Shown one piece after another: positions 31,135 to 41,270 of a stretch of DNA of 64,000 nucleotides (the first letter of the stretch is position 1; each line of letters begins with the position of its first letter). The stretch spans positions 4,224,001 through 4,288,000 of the forward strand of contig OZ220696.1 of assembly GCA_965116495.1 (NCBI GenBank), written 5' to 3'. The notes under the pieces were generated by a model. The model did not search any database. It had not been told where the DNA came from and was given only the letters and a program-made list of their open reading frames with translations. Position numbers and translations under genes: made by a program. This DNA is from Gammaproteobacteria bacterium. Its GTDB lineage: Bacteria; Pseudomonadota; Gammaproteobacteria; Eutrophobiales; Eutrophobiaceae.

Positions 31135-31500
31135 TTGATGCTGGAATTGAAAAAGAAATTGCCAGCCGCTTTTTACCGCTCACTATCGGACACAGAGCCG
31201 GTACGTGATTGGATTAAAGCGCTGGATGCGAAAGATCAAAAGTTAATCGGAAGGGATATTGCAACACTCGAATTCTGTTGGCCGGTGGCCCAGCCAAAAT
31301 GCAAACCCGTTAAGGGTAGAAAAGGGCTTTGGGAAATCCGTTCGAACATTTCGAGTAAACGTATTGCACGAATTCTTTTCTGCATCCATGACCGTGAGAT
31401 GGTATTGCTGCATGGATTCGTGAAAAAGAGTCAGAAGACTCTGGAAAAAGACTTGAATCTTGCAATGTCCCGTATGAAAGAAGTAAAGAAAAGTGACTGA
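31135..31500 (+). CDS. RelE/Gp49-like toxin
   Basis: EPVRDWI…GLWEIRS…ARILF…VLLHGFVKKSQKT. Confidence 0.88.
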   Translation: MMLELKKKLPAAFYRSLSDTEPVRDWIKALDAKDQKLIGRDIATLEFCWPVAQPKCKPVKGRKGLWEIRSNISSKRIARILFCIHDREMVLLHGFVKKSQKTLEKDLNLAMSRMKEVKKSD

Positions 31501-31783
31501 GAAGAAAAATCCACGTATTGGCTCAAGCGCTGATGATCTGTGGCAAGAGCTTGGCATTCTCGAGGACATCACAGCGACTGCGATAAAGCGCACCATCGCG
31601 ATGCAAATCGAAAATGAAATGTCTACACAGAAAATCTCAAAAGCAGAAATGGCGCGCAGGATGAGGACCAGCGCCTCTCAGCTTGAACGTATTCTTGATC
31701 CGGATAATCAACGCGTTCAACTCGACTCTCTGGTCAAAGCCGCTCATGCCGTGGGTAAAGAGCTTTCTGTAGCGCTGCATTAG
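31493..31783 (+). CDS. XRE HTH antitoxin
   Basis: IGSS.DD…ISKAEMARRMRTSASQLERILDP. Confidence 0.85.
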   Translation: MTEKKNPRIGSSADDLWQELGILEDITATAIKRTIAMQIENEMSTQKISKAEMARRMRTSASQLERILDPDNQRVQLDSLVKAAHAVGKELSVALH

Positions 31784-31948
31784 ACTTTGCAGAGCACCAT
31801 GTAGAAATTTCCATAAAATGCTTGCCGAATTGTACGGCTGTTTCCCCTTAACCTAACCAACCTGTCGTTTAGCAATTTACAGCAATGGATTGCCCCTTGA
31901 AAAAAATCTTACTGTCTACTATAGTTTGCATAACTATTATTGTGATAT

Positions 31949-32311
31949 ATGGACATGTCAGGGACATCAGGAAATAAAACGCTTCTTGTTTACAAGGACA
32001 AAAATGGAAAGGAACCATTCACGGATTGGCTTAATGGATTAAAAGATGCGAAGGTGAGGCGCCGGATTCTTATGAGACTCAGACGTTTGGAACAAGGAAA
32101 TTCAGGGGACAGCAAACACATCAGGGATCGGTTATATGAGTTACGTTTATTTTTTGGCCCTGGCTATCGAGTCTATTTCGGCAAAGATGGTGATACAGTT
32201 ATCGTATTACTGGCCGGTGGTGACAAGAGTAGCCAGGATAAAGATATCCTTGTAGCACTACAATACTGGCGACATTACAGAAGCAATGACAGACTTAAGA
32301 ACGCTCGATAA
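31949..32311 (+). CDS. Addiction module killer protein (RelE-like)
   Basis: PFTDWL…GNSGDSK…ELRLFFGPGYRVYF…LLAGGDKSSQ. Confidence 0.9.
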   Translation: MDMSGTSGNKTLLVYKDKNGKEPFTDWLNGLKDAKVRRRILMRLRRLEQGNSGDSKHIRDRLYELRLFFGPGYRVYFGKDGDTVIVLLAGGDKSSQDKDILVALQYWRHYRSNDRLKNAR

Positions 32312-32588
32312 CCTGGAAGAAGACTACTTTCGCCGGCATCCTCAAGAGGTGGATGCTTACCTGTCTGAGATCTTCGATGAATATGCACGTGACGGCAACT
32401 CTGCTTCGTTACTTGCCTCCCTGCGCGTCATAGCCAAGGTAAAAGGAATTTCAGCGCTTGCCATTGAAACGGGCATGTCCAGGCAGGGATTACAAAAAGC
32501 GCTTTCACGCAGGGGAAACCCGCGACTGGATAACATCAATGCGATCATACACGCCCTGGGTTACCGCCTGAGGCCAGTGAAAATATAA
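32286..32588 (+). CDS. Addiction module antidote protein (HTH)
   Basis: GISALAIETGMSRQGLQKALSRRGNPRL. Confidence 0.88.
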   Translation: MTDLRTLDNLEEDYFRRHPQEVDAYLSEIFDEYARDGNSASLLASLRVIAKVKGISALAIETGMSRQGLQKALSRRGNPRLDNINAIIHALGYRLRPVKI

Positions 32589-32617
32589 ATCCTGGCCAGC
32601 CCAGGCCGAGTTAACGC

Positions 32618-33001
32618 ATGGCGGCAGAAAATGCGTCCAGGATGTACACCATGAAAAAGACCTACAACGGCTCATGCCATTGCGGCAAGGTACGGTTTGA
32701 AGCAGATATGAACCTCGACCATGTCAGGGTATGCGACTGCACGGTCTGCAGGAAACGTGGCGCACTGAACCACCGGGTTGAAGAAAAGGATATTCGAATA
32801 TTCACCCCCTTGGATGAATTAATCCAATACAAATGGCACACCATGACCGCGACTGACTACATCTGCCCCGTATGCGGCATTCTGCCGTTCCGCCAGCCAC
32901 GCGATAAACCGGCAATATGGACAGTAAATGTCCGCTGCCTGGATGGCGTTGACCTGGATTCAATACCTGTCAAGCAGGTATATGGGAGTACGCTGGATTA
33001 G
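32618..33001 (+). CDS. GFA/CENP-V family protein
   Basis: GSCHCGKVRF…CDCTVC…CPVCGI…VNVRCL. Confidence 0.88.
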   Translation: MAAENASRMYTMKKTYNGSCHCGKVRFEADMNLDHVRVCDCTVCRKRGALNHRVEEKDIRIFTPLDELIQYKWHTMTATDYICPVCGILPFRQPRDKPAIWTVNVRCLDGVDLDSIPVKQVYGSTLD

Positions 33002-33089
33002 TAATTATTGTCATAAAATCGACTGAACGCCAACCTTCTGATACGCTAAGGATTAATCACATGCAGACAAATACCGAAGGGGGCTTAGT

Positions 33090-34328
33090 ATGGCAAAACA
33101 TGTTGTTATTGCAGGTGGGGGCACCGCCGGCATTACGGTCGCCGCGAGCCTGGCGCGCCAGGTAAAAAACAGTGAAGTAGATATTACCGTAATCGAACCG
33201 TCCGCCGATCATTACTATCAGCCCGCCTTTACACTGGTTGGCGCGGGGACATACAGCCTTGAAAAAACCCGGAGAGACGTAAAGAAACTGATCCCGCCAA
33301 AGGTAAACTGGATGAGGGATTCGGTAACCGGATTTGACGCGGAAAATAACACGGTTAAGGTCGGATCAGGGGCAACCGTCAGTTACGACTACCTGGTTGT
33401 ATGTCCTGGTCTCGAATTAAACTGGGAAAAAATTCAAGGCGCGGAAGACGCATTGGGACAGAACGGCGTATCCAGCAACTACTCGCCTGCGCATGCGGAA
33501 TACACCTGGGAGGGGATCAAAAACCTCAAACCGGGTGCAAAGGCCTTGTTCACCCAGGCCCCCCTGCCGTTTAAATGCCCTGGCGCACCGCAGAAAATTG
33601 CCTATTTGGCGGCGGACCATTTACGCAACAAGGGGATATTGAAGGATTGCGAATTACACTTTCTGACCCATGCCCCCGGGATGTTTGCCGTACCCCTGTT
33701 TGCTGCGGAACTGAAGGACGTGGCAGCGCGTTACGGTATCCATGTTCACTTTCAACATAATCTGGTCGCAGTGGATGGGCAACACAAAAACGCCACGTTC
33801 GAGGTAGCAGGAGGTGACCAGAAAGGCAAATCAGTCACTATGGATTTTGACATGCTTCACATGACCCCGCCGCAATCGCCGCCGGAGGTGATAAAGACGA
33901 GCGTGCTGGCGAATGAGGGTGGGTTTGTCGACCTGAATCAAAACACCATGCAACACACCAGGTTTGCCAATGTATTCGGCCTTGGTGACGCAGGTTCTAC
34001 CCCGAATTCGAAAACCGCTGCGGCAGTTCGTAAACAGGCCCCTATCGTGGTGAAAAACCTCTTGACGCTCATCAATGGCGGCAAACTGGACACAGGTTAC
34101 GACGGTTATGCTTCCTGTCCCTTAACCACGGCATACGGGAAAGTGATCATGGCTGAATTTTGTTACGGGGGAAAAGTCACACCGACGTTCCCGCTGGACC
34201 CGCGCAAGGAGCGCTGGAGTTACTGGTGGATTAAAACAACCGGCCTGCCGGTATTCTACTGGAATTATATGCTGAAGGGCTATGAATGGTTTTTAAAGCA
34301 CGATACGGATTTCGTTGAACCGGCCTAG
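33090..34328 (+). CDS. sqr: Sulfide:quinone oxidoreductase, copy 2
   Basis: Differs from copy 1 by about three substitutions and the last residue. Confidence 0.85.
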   Translation: MAKHVVIAGGGTAGITVAASLARQVKNSEVDITVIEPSADHYYQPAFTLVGAGTYSLEKTRRDVKKLIPPKVNWMRDSVTGFDAENNTVKVGSGATVSYDYLVVCPGLELNWEKIQGAEDALGQNGVSSNYSPAHAEYTWEGIKNLKPGAKALFTQAPLPFKCPGAPQKIAYLAADHLRNKGILKDCELHFLTHAPGMFAVPLFAAELKDVAARYGIHVHFQHNLVAVDGQHKNATFEVAGGDQKGKSVTMDFDMLHMTPPQSPPEVIKTSVLANEGGFVDLNQNTMQHTRFANVFGLGDAGSTPNSKTAAAVRKQAPIVVKNLLTLINGGKLDTGYDGYASCPLTTAYGKVIMAEFCYGGKVTPTFPLDPRKERWSYWWIKTTGLPVFYWNYMLKGYEWFLKHDTDFVEPA

Positions 34329-34520
34329 GGGTCGGACCAGTCCTATTCTTGATCCGGATAATCAACACGTTCGACTCGACTCTCTGGTCAAAGCCGCTCA
34401 TGCCGTGGGTAAAGAGCTTTCCGTAGCGCTGCATTAGACTTCTGCTGTCAGGCGGATTTTTTCCCTTGAGCAGTTTGGCCAGGTGAGGGTGTGCAATGTG
34501 CGACCTGACCCCGTTTGCAT
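34329..34520. pseudogene. Fragment patchwork: GGGGTC motif, antitoxin 3' end, ATPase 5' fragment
   Basis: Matches ~31690-31788, ~9917-9951 and ~10038-10071. Confidence 0.75.
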
Positions 34521-34531
34521 GCGTTTGCATA

Positions 34532-34560
34532 TTGACAGCAAAATCTGCTAGCAGTATAAT
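34532..34560 (+). promoter_or_regulatory. Sigma70 promoter with an embedded palindromic operator
   Basis: Exact consensus TTGACA-17 bp-TATAAT, with a CTGCTAGCAG palindrome in the spacer. Confidence 0.8.
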
Positions 34561-34594
34561 ACAAGCCGATTTTAACACCAACGAGGATACGGCA

Positions 34595-34852
34595 ATGAGT
34601 TCTGTTATCACCGTCCGTGATGTCGACCCGGGCGACAAGTCCTGGCTCAAGCGCGAGGCGCGTCATCAAGGCGTGTCGATGGAAGAACTGGTGCGCCGTC
34701 TGATCCACGAGCGGCGCGAGAAATCCGAAAGTCATACAAAACCCTCTGAGGCTTTCAGGCGCTACTTCGGGCCGGATCACGGTGTTGAGCTACCGCTACA
34801 GGAGCGTCATGGTTACCGGCCCCTCGTATTTCCTGAAGATAACCAGCCATGA
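34595..34852 (+). CDS. RHH/FitA-like antitoxin
   Basis: ITVRDVD…GVSMEELVRRLI; RBS gagga. Confidence 0.8.
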   Translation: MSSVITVRDVDPGDKSWLKREARHQGVSMEELVRRLIHERREKSESHTKPSEAFRRYFGPDHGVELPLQERHGYRPLVFPEDNQP

Positions 34853-35298
34853 CCGCGCCTGTCGCCCGGCTCCTGGATACGAATGTTGTCTCGGAGATGA
34901 TGCGGCCCGAACCGGCGCCGCAAGTCGCGGAATTTCTCGACGCGGTCGCCGCAGACGGAATCGGTCTGTCCTGTGTGACTGTCTGGGAAATACTCAACGG
35001 CATCGGCAGGCTCGACCACGGGCAGCGCCGGTCGGATATTACGGAGCGATTCCAGGGTATGCTGGACGATGTCTTTGAAGATCGGGTTTTTGGCTGGACT
35101 GCTGCCGACGCACAAATTTGCGCTGAGATTATGGAAACAAAGCGCCGCAAAGGAGAGCCGCTCGATAGCCATTTGCCGGATGCGATGATTGCCGGTACTG
35201 CGGTACGCCACGGACTCACTATTGTCACACGCAACGAGCGAGAATTCCGTAATACAGGCGCCAACGCAGTCAACCCCTGGATAGAGTTACCGGACTGA
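34849..35298 (+). CDS. VapC PIN toxin
   Basis: LLDTNVVSE…DAMIAGTA…VTRNEREF. Confidence 0.9.
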   Translation: MTAPVARLLDTNVVSEMMRPEPAPQVAEFLDAVAADGIGLSCVTVWEILNGIGRLDHGQRRSDITERFQGMLDDVFEDRVFGWTAADAQICAEIMETKRRKGEPLDSHLPDAMIAGTAVRHGLTIVTRNEREFRNTGANAVNPWIELPD

Positions 35299-35348
35299 AG
35301 TAAAAACAGTGACCCTCTCCAGAATTCACAGACCGATTATTTCATTAT

Positions 35349-35594
35349 ATGCATATTTCATTGACACCTAAACTCGAGGCAATGGTCAAATCAAAGGTTG
35401 CATCGGGCATGTATAATAATGCCAGTGAAGTCATCAGGGAGGCACTCAGATTTATGGACCAGAATGAAAAACTTCTCTACCTGCTTAAATCAGAACGGTT
35501 ACGCTACGAGGTAGCGCAGGGAGCAATAGAGGCTGAGCAGGGTAATTTCAGCCCGCGCACCGTACAGGATATTCTTGATGATATGAATTCGTAG
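35349..35594 (+). CDS. ParD-like antitoxin
   Basis: MHISLTP…KVASGMYNNASEVIREALR. Confidence 0.9.
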   Translation: MHISLTPKLEAMVKSKVASGMYNNASEVIREALRFMDQNEKLLYLLKSERLRYEVAQGAIEAEQGNFSPRTVQDILDDMNS

Positions 35595-35600
35595 CCAGGG

Positions 35601-35903
35601 ATGGATATGATGGCCAGGTACAGGCTCATACCGAAAGCCGACAGGGATTTGACGCAAATCTGGCGCTATACAAACGAGAACTGGGGTAAATCCCAGGCAA
35701 ATCAATACCTTCAACTTTTCGAGAGCCGCTTTCTGATGCTTTTACGCCACGCGAAGTCAGGTAGAGCGCGAGATGAAGTAAGGAGGGGATATCGTAGTCT
35801 GCCGGTTGAAAATCACGTCATATTTTATCGGGTTATAGATAATGACATCGAAATTGTAAGAGTTCTGCATCAACGAATGGAAGTCAATCAGCACGTATTT
35901 TAA
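35601..35903 (+). CDS. ParE toxin
   Basis: YRLIPKADRDLTQIWRYT…WG..QA…HVIFYR…IVRVLH. Confidence 0.9.
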   Translation: MDMMARYRLIPKADRDLTQIWRYTNENWGKSQANQYLQLFESRFLMLLRHAKSGRARDEVRRGYRSLPVENHVIFYRVIDNDIEIVRVLHQRMEVNQHVF

Positions 35904-36184
35904 TATAACGAGCATTCGGCTATACAACGGCTGAGAGAATGTCGATAGAATCCGACCCGGAACTGCTTCAGACCGGAAGTGTTGACGTTAGAGCAAAAGA
36001 AAACCCTGAAATTAATCGCAAAGATGTGGACTGATGAAAAATGAACTGTTCAATGAGCTGCTCAAAAGTATGCACGAGATGGACCGGATAGTTCAGGGCG
36101 AGTCAGCGCCCGGCAGAGTAACCCGGTTCACCGAACCGGAGGTCAGGCAGATTCGCGAAAATACCGGCCTCTTAAGGAGGCGCC

Positions 36185-36379
36185 ATGACCGAACTCAACA
36201 TTGACGATTGCATCAACGAGACCTGTCCCTGGTCCGGCAAGCCGGTGCAGGCCGACTCGCTGGCCTTGTACGGCGATGATGTCGTCGGGTTTTGCAATCC
36301 TGGATGCCGTGACAAGTTTGAAAGCGCGGTCAGGCATTTTGAGGAAGCGAGGGTGTCGGTTGGAGAACGTATTGATTAA
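36185..36379 (+). CDS. YHS/TRASH-like protein, copy 4 (short), preceded by the HTH antitoxin stub at 36034-36172
   Basis: Same core sequence as the other copies. Confidence 0.72.
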   Translation: MTELNIDDCINETCPWSGKPVQADSLALYGDDVVGFCNPGCRDKFESAVRHFEEARVSVGERID

Positions 36380-36695
36380 AACTCCGTTTCTCTAGAACCT
36401 GCCCGTGGGCAGCTTGTCACTCTCCCGAGCGAATCCCCACAGGCCAATTGCTTGGGCTCACTTACGGTAGGCGAAGTGAGCCCAAGCTAAAGAATCTCTA
36501 ACAAGGTGTCTTCGGGTTCCCAGGCCACCATGGTGTTTTTTATTTCAGGCCAAAATAAGTCGTCGAGCCTATTTGGATCAGGCAAATGCACCAAGTTTGC
36601 CTTGACTCTTCTTATTCGAGGTTCGCCCTTCTCATTTTTTGGTCGTCAGCAACACCGTGCGAGGCGGGTCAAAATATCCAGGGTCGAAGTATTAA

Positions 36696-37400
36696 TTAAA
36701 CAATGAATCGGACTAACCCATCCCAGGATGTTCTGTAAACAGGACGCTCGCGCGGATCAATCAAACCAACTTCTTCCAGCCGCCAATTCCCGCGTCCGTA
36801 GTTACAGGGGGCGCAAGTAATTACGATGTTATCCGGCACGGATTCTCCTCCCCAGCAATGCGGCAGGATGTGGTCAAACTGGAGCCACAGACATTGGAGT
36901 GCCGCATGTTGGTCGAGGTTCTTTTGGCTACGCCAATATGCAGAATCTGGATATGCTGTCGTTATTGCTTTACGGATTTCGAAAGGAATTACCGGGATTC
37001 CACAAAAGCGGCAGTTGTAACCATCACGAGCAATGATTTCAAGCCGTTGTTTTTTTGTTGGCATCCGGTCATAGACTTTTGGTTCAGGTTTACCTATGCC
37101 TTGAATTTCCCTCCAGCGGTGGTAACGCCATTGTTCCGGATTTTCCCGTTTACCACCCCAGAGTGATTCAGTCCAAGCCCGAATTTCAGGAATATCAGCC
37201 TCATGGAAAAGTTGTTCTGCAGTTTCCCGATCTTGACGAAGATGTGCGTCTACTGCCAGGTCCAGGAGTTCCGCTGCATGGAATATCTCATCTATAGGTT
37301 CTCGCATACAGCGACGAGGCGCCAGAAACTCTTCCAATAAAGCTTTTTCGCAAGAACCATCAGTGTAAGTCAAACTATGCAACATCGTCTTGTACCCCAA
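36696..37400 (-). CDS. HNH endonuclease
   Basis: RDGYNCRFCG…FDHILP…GG…NIVITCAPCN. Confidence 0.85.
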   Translation of the reverse strand: MGYKTMLHSLTYTDGSCEKALLEEFLAPRRCMREPIDEIFHAAELLDLAVDAHLRQDRETAEQLFHEADIPEIRAWTESLWGGKRENPEQWRYHRWREIQGIGKPEPKVYDRMPTKKQRLEIIARDGYNCRFCGIPVIPFEIRKAITTAYPDSAYWRSQKNLDQHAALQCLWLQFDHILPHCWGGESVPDNIVITCAPCNYGRGNWRLEEVGLIDPRERPVYRTSWDGLVRFIV

Positions 37401-37619
37401 TATTATTTGTCTTTCACCTCGGATAGTAACCTGTCAATAAGTCCGGATCTAATACCTGGCTTGCGACGTTCGGCAAGAGTCTTATCGAAAAAGTCAAAAG
37501 TGAATTTTGAAGCTATCCTGAACCTGCTTAGTCATACATTTCGGTTATACTAAACCATCAACCGATAACTTGGCTCTGCCCTTACAAAATGAAATTTCTT
37601 CTTTGCATGAGGTTTAGGC

Positions 37620-38546
37620 ATGAAATCTGACGTAGCCGACACCCTGATGCGCGTCGCAGCTTTTGGGCACGTGCTAAAGCTGAGCGAAACACAAAATAAT
37701 ATTTCAGCAGAGGAGTTGAGGAGCGGGTTTACTTTTGAAGGTGAGCGCATCCCATTGGTCAACCCGCAAAGAGGTATTTTCAAGCCAAAACAAATGCAAT
37801 ATTTGCTTTCGATCAGGACGGTGTTTCCTCGTCCTGGCAAGCGTGTCTGGTACGATGATCAACGACAGGTACATAGCCAGATATTCGAAAGCCGCGAAGC
37901 CGTCGATTATGCCTTCATGGGGAAAAATCCGGATGCCGCCGACAATCGTTGGCTCCGTGAAGCCTTCGAAAACCGGGTCCCGGTGATCTATTTCCTTGGC
38001 GTCGCACCAGGGCTTTATCAGGCGATAATACCCACATATATCTCTGGTTGGGATGCAAATGCGCTGAAAGCACGGATCGTTTTCGGAATTCCGCATCAAG
38101 CTGACTATGTTGCACCAGAAAGTGTCAGCGAACGCCGTTATGCGCTGCAGACAGTCAAACAACGCCTCCATCAAGCGTCTTTTCGTGAGGCTGTTATTAC
38201 AGCTTATAACGGACGTTGTGCCCTGTCTGGATTTCCGGAGCAGAGATTGCTTGATGCGGCGCACATTATTTCCGACAAAGATGAACAGTTAGGCCAGCCG
38301 GTTGTGCCAAACGGATTGCCGCTTTCAAAAATACATCATGCGGCGTTCGATGCTCACTTTATTGGTATTGATCCTGATTATCGACTGCATGTATCGGAAC
38401 GTCTTCTCCAATTACATGACGGTCCGATGCTTGATGCGTTAAAACAACTAGACGGTGGAATGCTCCACCTTCCGGCGCGGGCGAAGGACTATCCGGACCC
38501 GGACCGGCTATCGCTACGTTACGAGCAATTTAGGGTTGCTGCTTAG
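37620..38546 (+). CDS. HNH restriction endonuclease with an SRA-like N-terminal domain
   Basis: RLHQASFREAVITAYNGRCALSG…DAAHII…NGLPLSKIHHAAFD. Confidence 0.85.
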   Translation: MKSDVADTLMRVAAFGHVLKLSETQNNISAEELRSGFTFEGERIPLVNPQRGIFKPKQMQYLLSIRTVFPRPGKRVWYDDQRQVHSQIFESREAVDYAFMGKNPDAADNRWLREAFENRVPVIYFLGVAPGLYQAIIPTYISGWDANALKARIVFGIPHQADYVAPESVSERRYALQTVKQRLHQASFREAVITAYNGRCALSGFPEQRLLDAAHIISDKDEQLGQPVVPNGLPLSKIHHAAFDAHFIGIDPDYRLHVSERLLQLHDGPMLDALKQLDGGMLHLPARAKDYPDPDRLSLRYEQFRVAA

Positions 38547-38584
38547 ATTAGTTACATTTCAAAAAGATCACGAAAGTTGTTTCC

Positions 38585-39427
38585 ATGAAAGAACTAAGAA
38601 AATTGAACTTTAATAAACTGATTTCTGTCGGCGTGCCTGATGTTGCGACCTATTCCTACGATGAATATAAAACTAATGGGTATAAGCACAAACCTATAAA
38701 CGGGTATTGTGTTTCGTGCGAAGAAAAAGGATGCAGCAGTTCAACGGACGATGATTCATATAAGCTTACCAACATATCTCACGGCGCACATTCCAGTGAT
38801 TTCTTCCGAGCATATAAGATAAAACAGGATGCCTCAGATTGGCATCATGAACCGATCATGTTTGTGTATGAATCACCGAGCCGGAATTACGATATTTACA
38901 AAGAAGAACGTTATAACGGATATGACAAGCAACCTTCAAAAACTTGGTATTGGATCCATAGCGATTGGGATAGTCCTATTGCGTATCCTAAAGGATTTAA
39001 GGGTGGCGTATATGACGAATTTGTTTGGTGTGCTACATTGACCTTTAAACTTGCAAATGTTTACGTGACAAACTTGGTTAAATGCGGATTAAATAACGTA
39101 GAAGGAAATTTTAAAGGTCTAGCATCATTTAAGAATGAAACCGTTGAAAACTGCTATACGAATTTCTTGAGTGAGGAGATCTCTATCATCAAGCCAACAA
39201 TTATTTTTGCTGTAGGATCCAACATCGAGCGGTGGGTTAATCATTTCGTCAAAGATAAATATTTTGTGCAGCAACTACCGCATCCTGCTGGGAGGCGAAG
39301 AGGCTTCAGGGATGATCATTACAGAGCTATCTACTTCTGGGGTGTGGTAAGGGCACTTCACAAAGCTGAGATCATCAACACCGATGAAGGTTGTGAATTG
39401 GCAAGGCTATATTTGGATAAATATTAA
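38585..39427 (+). CDS. Uracil-DNA glycosylase superfamily protein
   Basis: IMFVYESP, VYVTNLVKC, C…L.EEI.IIKP.II.AVG, LPHPA. Confidence 0.72.
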   Translation: MKELRKLNFNKLISVGVPDVATYSYDEYKTNGYKHKPINGYCVSCEEKGCSSSTDDDSYKLTNISHGAHSSDFFRAYKIKQDASDWHHEPIMFVYESPSRNYDIYKEERYNGYDKQPSKTWYWIHSDWDSPIAYPKGFKGGVYDEFVWCATLTFKLANVYVTNLVKCGLNNVEGNFKGLASFKNETVENCYTNFLSEEISIIKPTIIFAVGSNIERWVNHFVKDKYFVQQLPHPAGRRRGFRDDHYRAIYFWGVVRALHKAEIINTDEGCELARLYLDKY

Positions 39428-39753
39428 ATTTCTACATCTAATCTGTAATTCGCTGGGTTATCCATTTTCCATCAACCGTCAGAGCATCCGAGCCGTGGGC
39501 AAGGAAGCTGCTTACTCAGCAGCATGGATGATTACCGGGAACACCCCAGAGAAAAAAGTGCGAAACAAATTTGACACTACCCAGATCAAATCTGAACATC
39601 TACATGTAATCACTGAATGACCTGACGCCGGAGGATTTCTACCGACGATATCAACAAGCCGGACATCTCGAATTTACGAGTATCATGTTCAGAAGTGAGG
39701 TTCAGAAAACGAAAAGATCATTATAGACACAATTACTGACAGAGAGAGATTAT

Positions 39754-40746
39754 ATGGATGCAATAAAAGCACTAGGATTAAGCCAGCCGGATGATTGGAT
39801 TCTAAAACCCGATCAACATGCAGACTTCCTCCCTGATGAAGCGGCACAACTTGTAGCCATTCTACGTAGTAGCAAAATAAATACTATCATCACAAAATAT
39901 AAAGATGCTGATGAAAAAGCTATACACGCACAAAAAAAATATAAGTTATTTAGCAAATTTGGAATTTCATCCGCTTCCGCCGCTGCATTACTTGGAGCAG
40001 TCCTGTTATTTTTAAAATCCTCTTCGGACCCAGGAACTTTTCTTTACAATGTTGGTGAAAATTATGAAAGGCTCATTCTGAGTGCTGAAGCCATAGCTAT
40101 TGCATTGACGGCTTCATTTAGCTACTTACTCAAGCATGATAAATATTTTATCAAATGGATGAATCAACGTGCGAAAGCGGAGACTGAACGGATACGACTC
40201 TTTGAAACTGTATGCTTTCATAAATGTCCGGATCTCAATAAGAATAATTGTATTGAACTTTACCAATTACAACTTGAATACTTTCGAAGATATCAACTTG
40301 AAGTGCAACTGAGTTATTATAAGGGAAGAAGTGAACAGCATGAGAAAGCTGCGAGTAAATTGATTTCTGTTGGTGGAGGTATTACTTTTTTTATTGTATT
40401 AGCAACTGCAATGACCGGCGTATTTGATAATGGTGAAATTATCGCAGCATTAGCTCTTATGGGGATTGCTGCACCGGTAATTTTATCAGCACACGGTAAT
40501 TTGAAACTCATCAGTCAGGATGAACGTAATTCAATAAGATATACGAATACATATGATCGCTTGTTAGAGTTGGAAGGAAATCTTTCTGATGTCAGGAATA
40601 AAATTTCTAACGGCGACCAAGATGAATTAATAAACTTTGTTAACCTGGTTAACAATGAAATTTCTGTTGAACATCGAGAATGGATTAGAATTCAAGACTC
40701 CGCTGAAAGACCAAACTACAAGCACTCGGATTACATGGAAGAATGA
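39754..40746 (+). CDS. Tandem SLATT (DUF4231-like) transmembrane protein
   Basis: Two TM-pair modules: A…QKKY-TM-TM-W…RAKAE and QLSYY-TM-TM-…RY…EHREW. Confidence 0.7.
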   Translation: MDAIKALGLSQPDDWILKPDQHADFLPDEAAQLVAILRSSKINTIITKYKDADEKAIHAQKKYKLFSKFGISSASAAALLGAVLLFLKSSSDPGTFLYNVGENYERLILSAEAIAIALTASFSYLLKHDKYFIKWMNQRAKAETERIRLFETVCFHKCPDLNKNNCIELYQLQLEYFRRYQLEVQLSYYKGRSEQHEKAASKLISVGGGITFFIVLATAMTGVFDNGEIIAALALMGIAAPVILSAHGNLKLISQDERNSIRYTNTYDRLLELEGNLSDVRNKISNGDQDELINFVNLVNNEISVEHREWIRIQDSAERPNYKHSDYMEE

Positions 40747-40802
40747 TTTGAAGCAGTAGCACCAATAAAACAGATGAAGTGGTTAAACTCTGAATATCGG
40801 CT

Positions 40803-41270
40803 CTAAGTAATTTCACGTGCAAGATTTGACCACGTTACGACTTTTATATTATTAGCCCTTATCCAACGTGGCATTTTATTTGGCTTTCCATCCTTCGTAT
40901 GCGTAGCAATTACAGTTTTTCCCAGTGAGAGACTCTTCTCTACTTCCCATTTCACCCATTCACTGTTATCAGTATATTTTGAAATATGGACGACACAGTA
41001 TGAACTACGTTCTATGCGTTCAGTAATCTTCTGCTTAATATAATCAGCCCGTACGCTATTAAACGGGGCACGTACAGAGTGATCATTAAATTCGATATCA
41101 CTATTATCGTTTTTGGCATTGGCACGCAATAAGTTGACTTCATCCATGTCTTCGGCCGCGAAACTTATGAATACATTACGTTTCCCCCCCTTTAGCGCTT
41201 CCTTTGCCTTTTCTTCAAGGCCGCGAATGTTTCCCAAGGTATTCCACCCTCCGCCGCTACCGCCGCCCAC
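40803..41270 (-). CDS. ThsB-like (MTH538/DUF1863) TIR-domain protein with a Gly-rich N-terminus
   Basis: RNVFISF…IKQKITERIERSS…SEWVKWEVEKS; GTG start with a gaggag RBS, overlapping the queC end. Confidence 0.85.
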   Translation of the reverse strand: MGGGSGGGWNTLGNIRGLEEKAKEALKGGKRNVFISFAAEDMDEVNLLRANAKNDNSDIEFNDHSVRAPFNSVRADYIKQKITERIERSSYCVVHISKYTDNSEWVKWEVEKSLSLGKTVIATHTKDGKPNKMPRWIRANNIKVVTWSNLAREIT

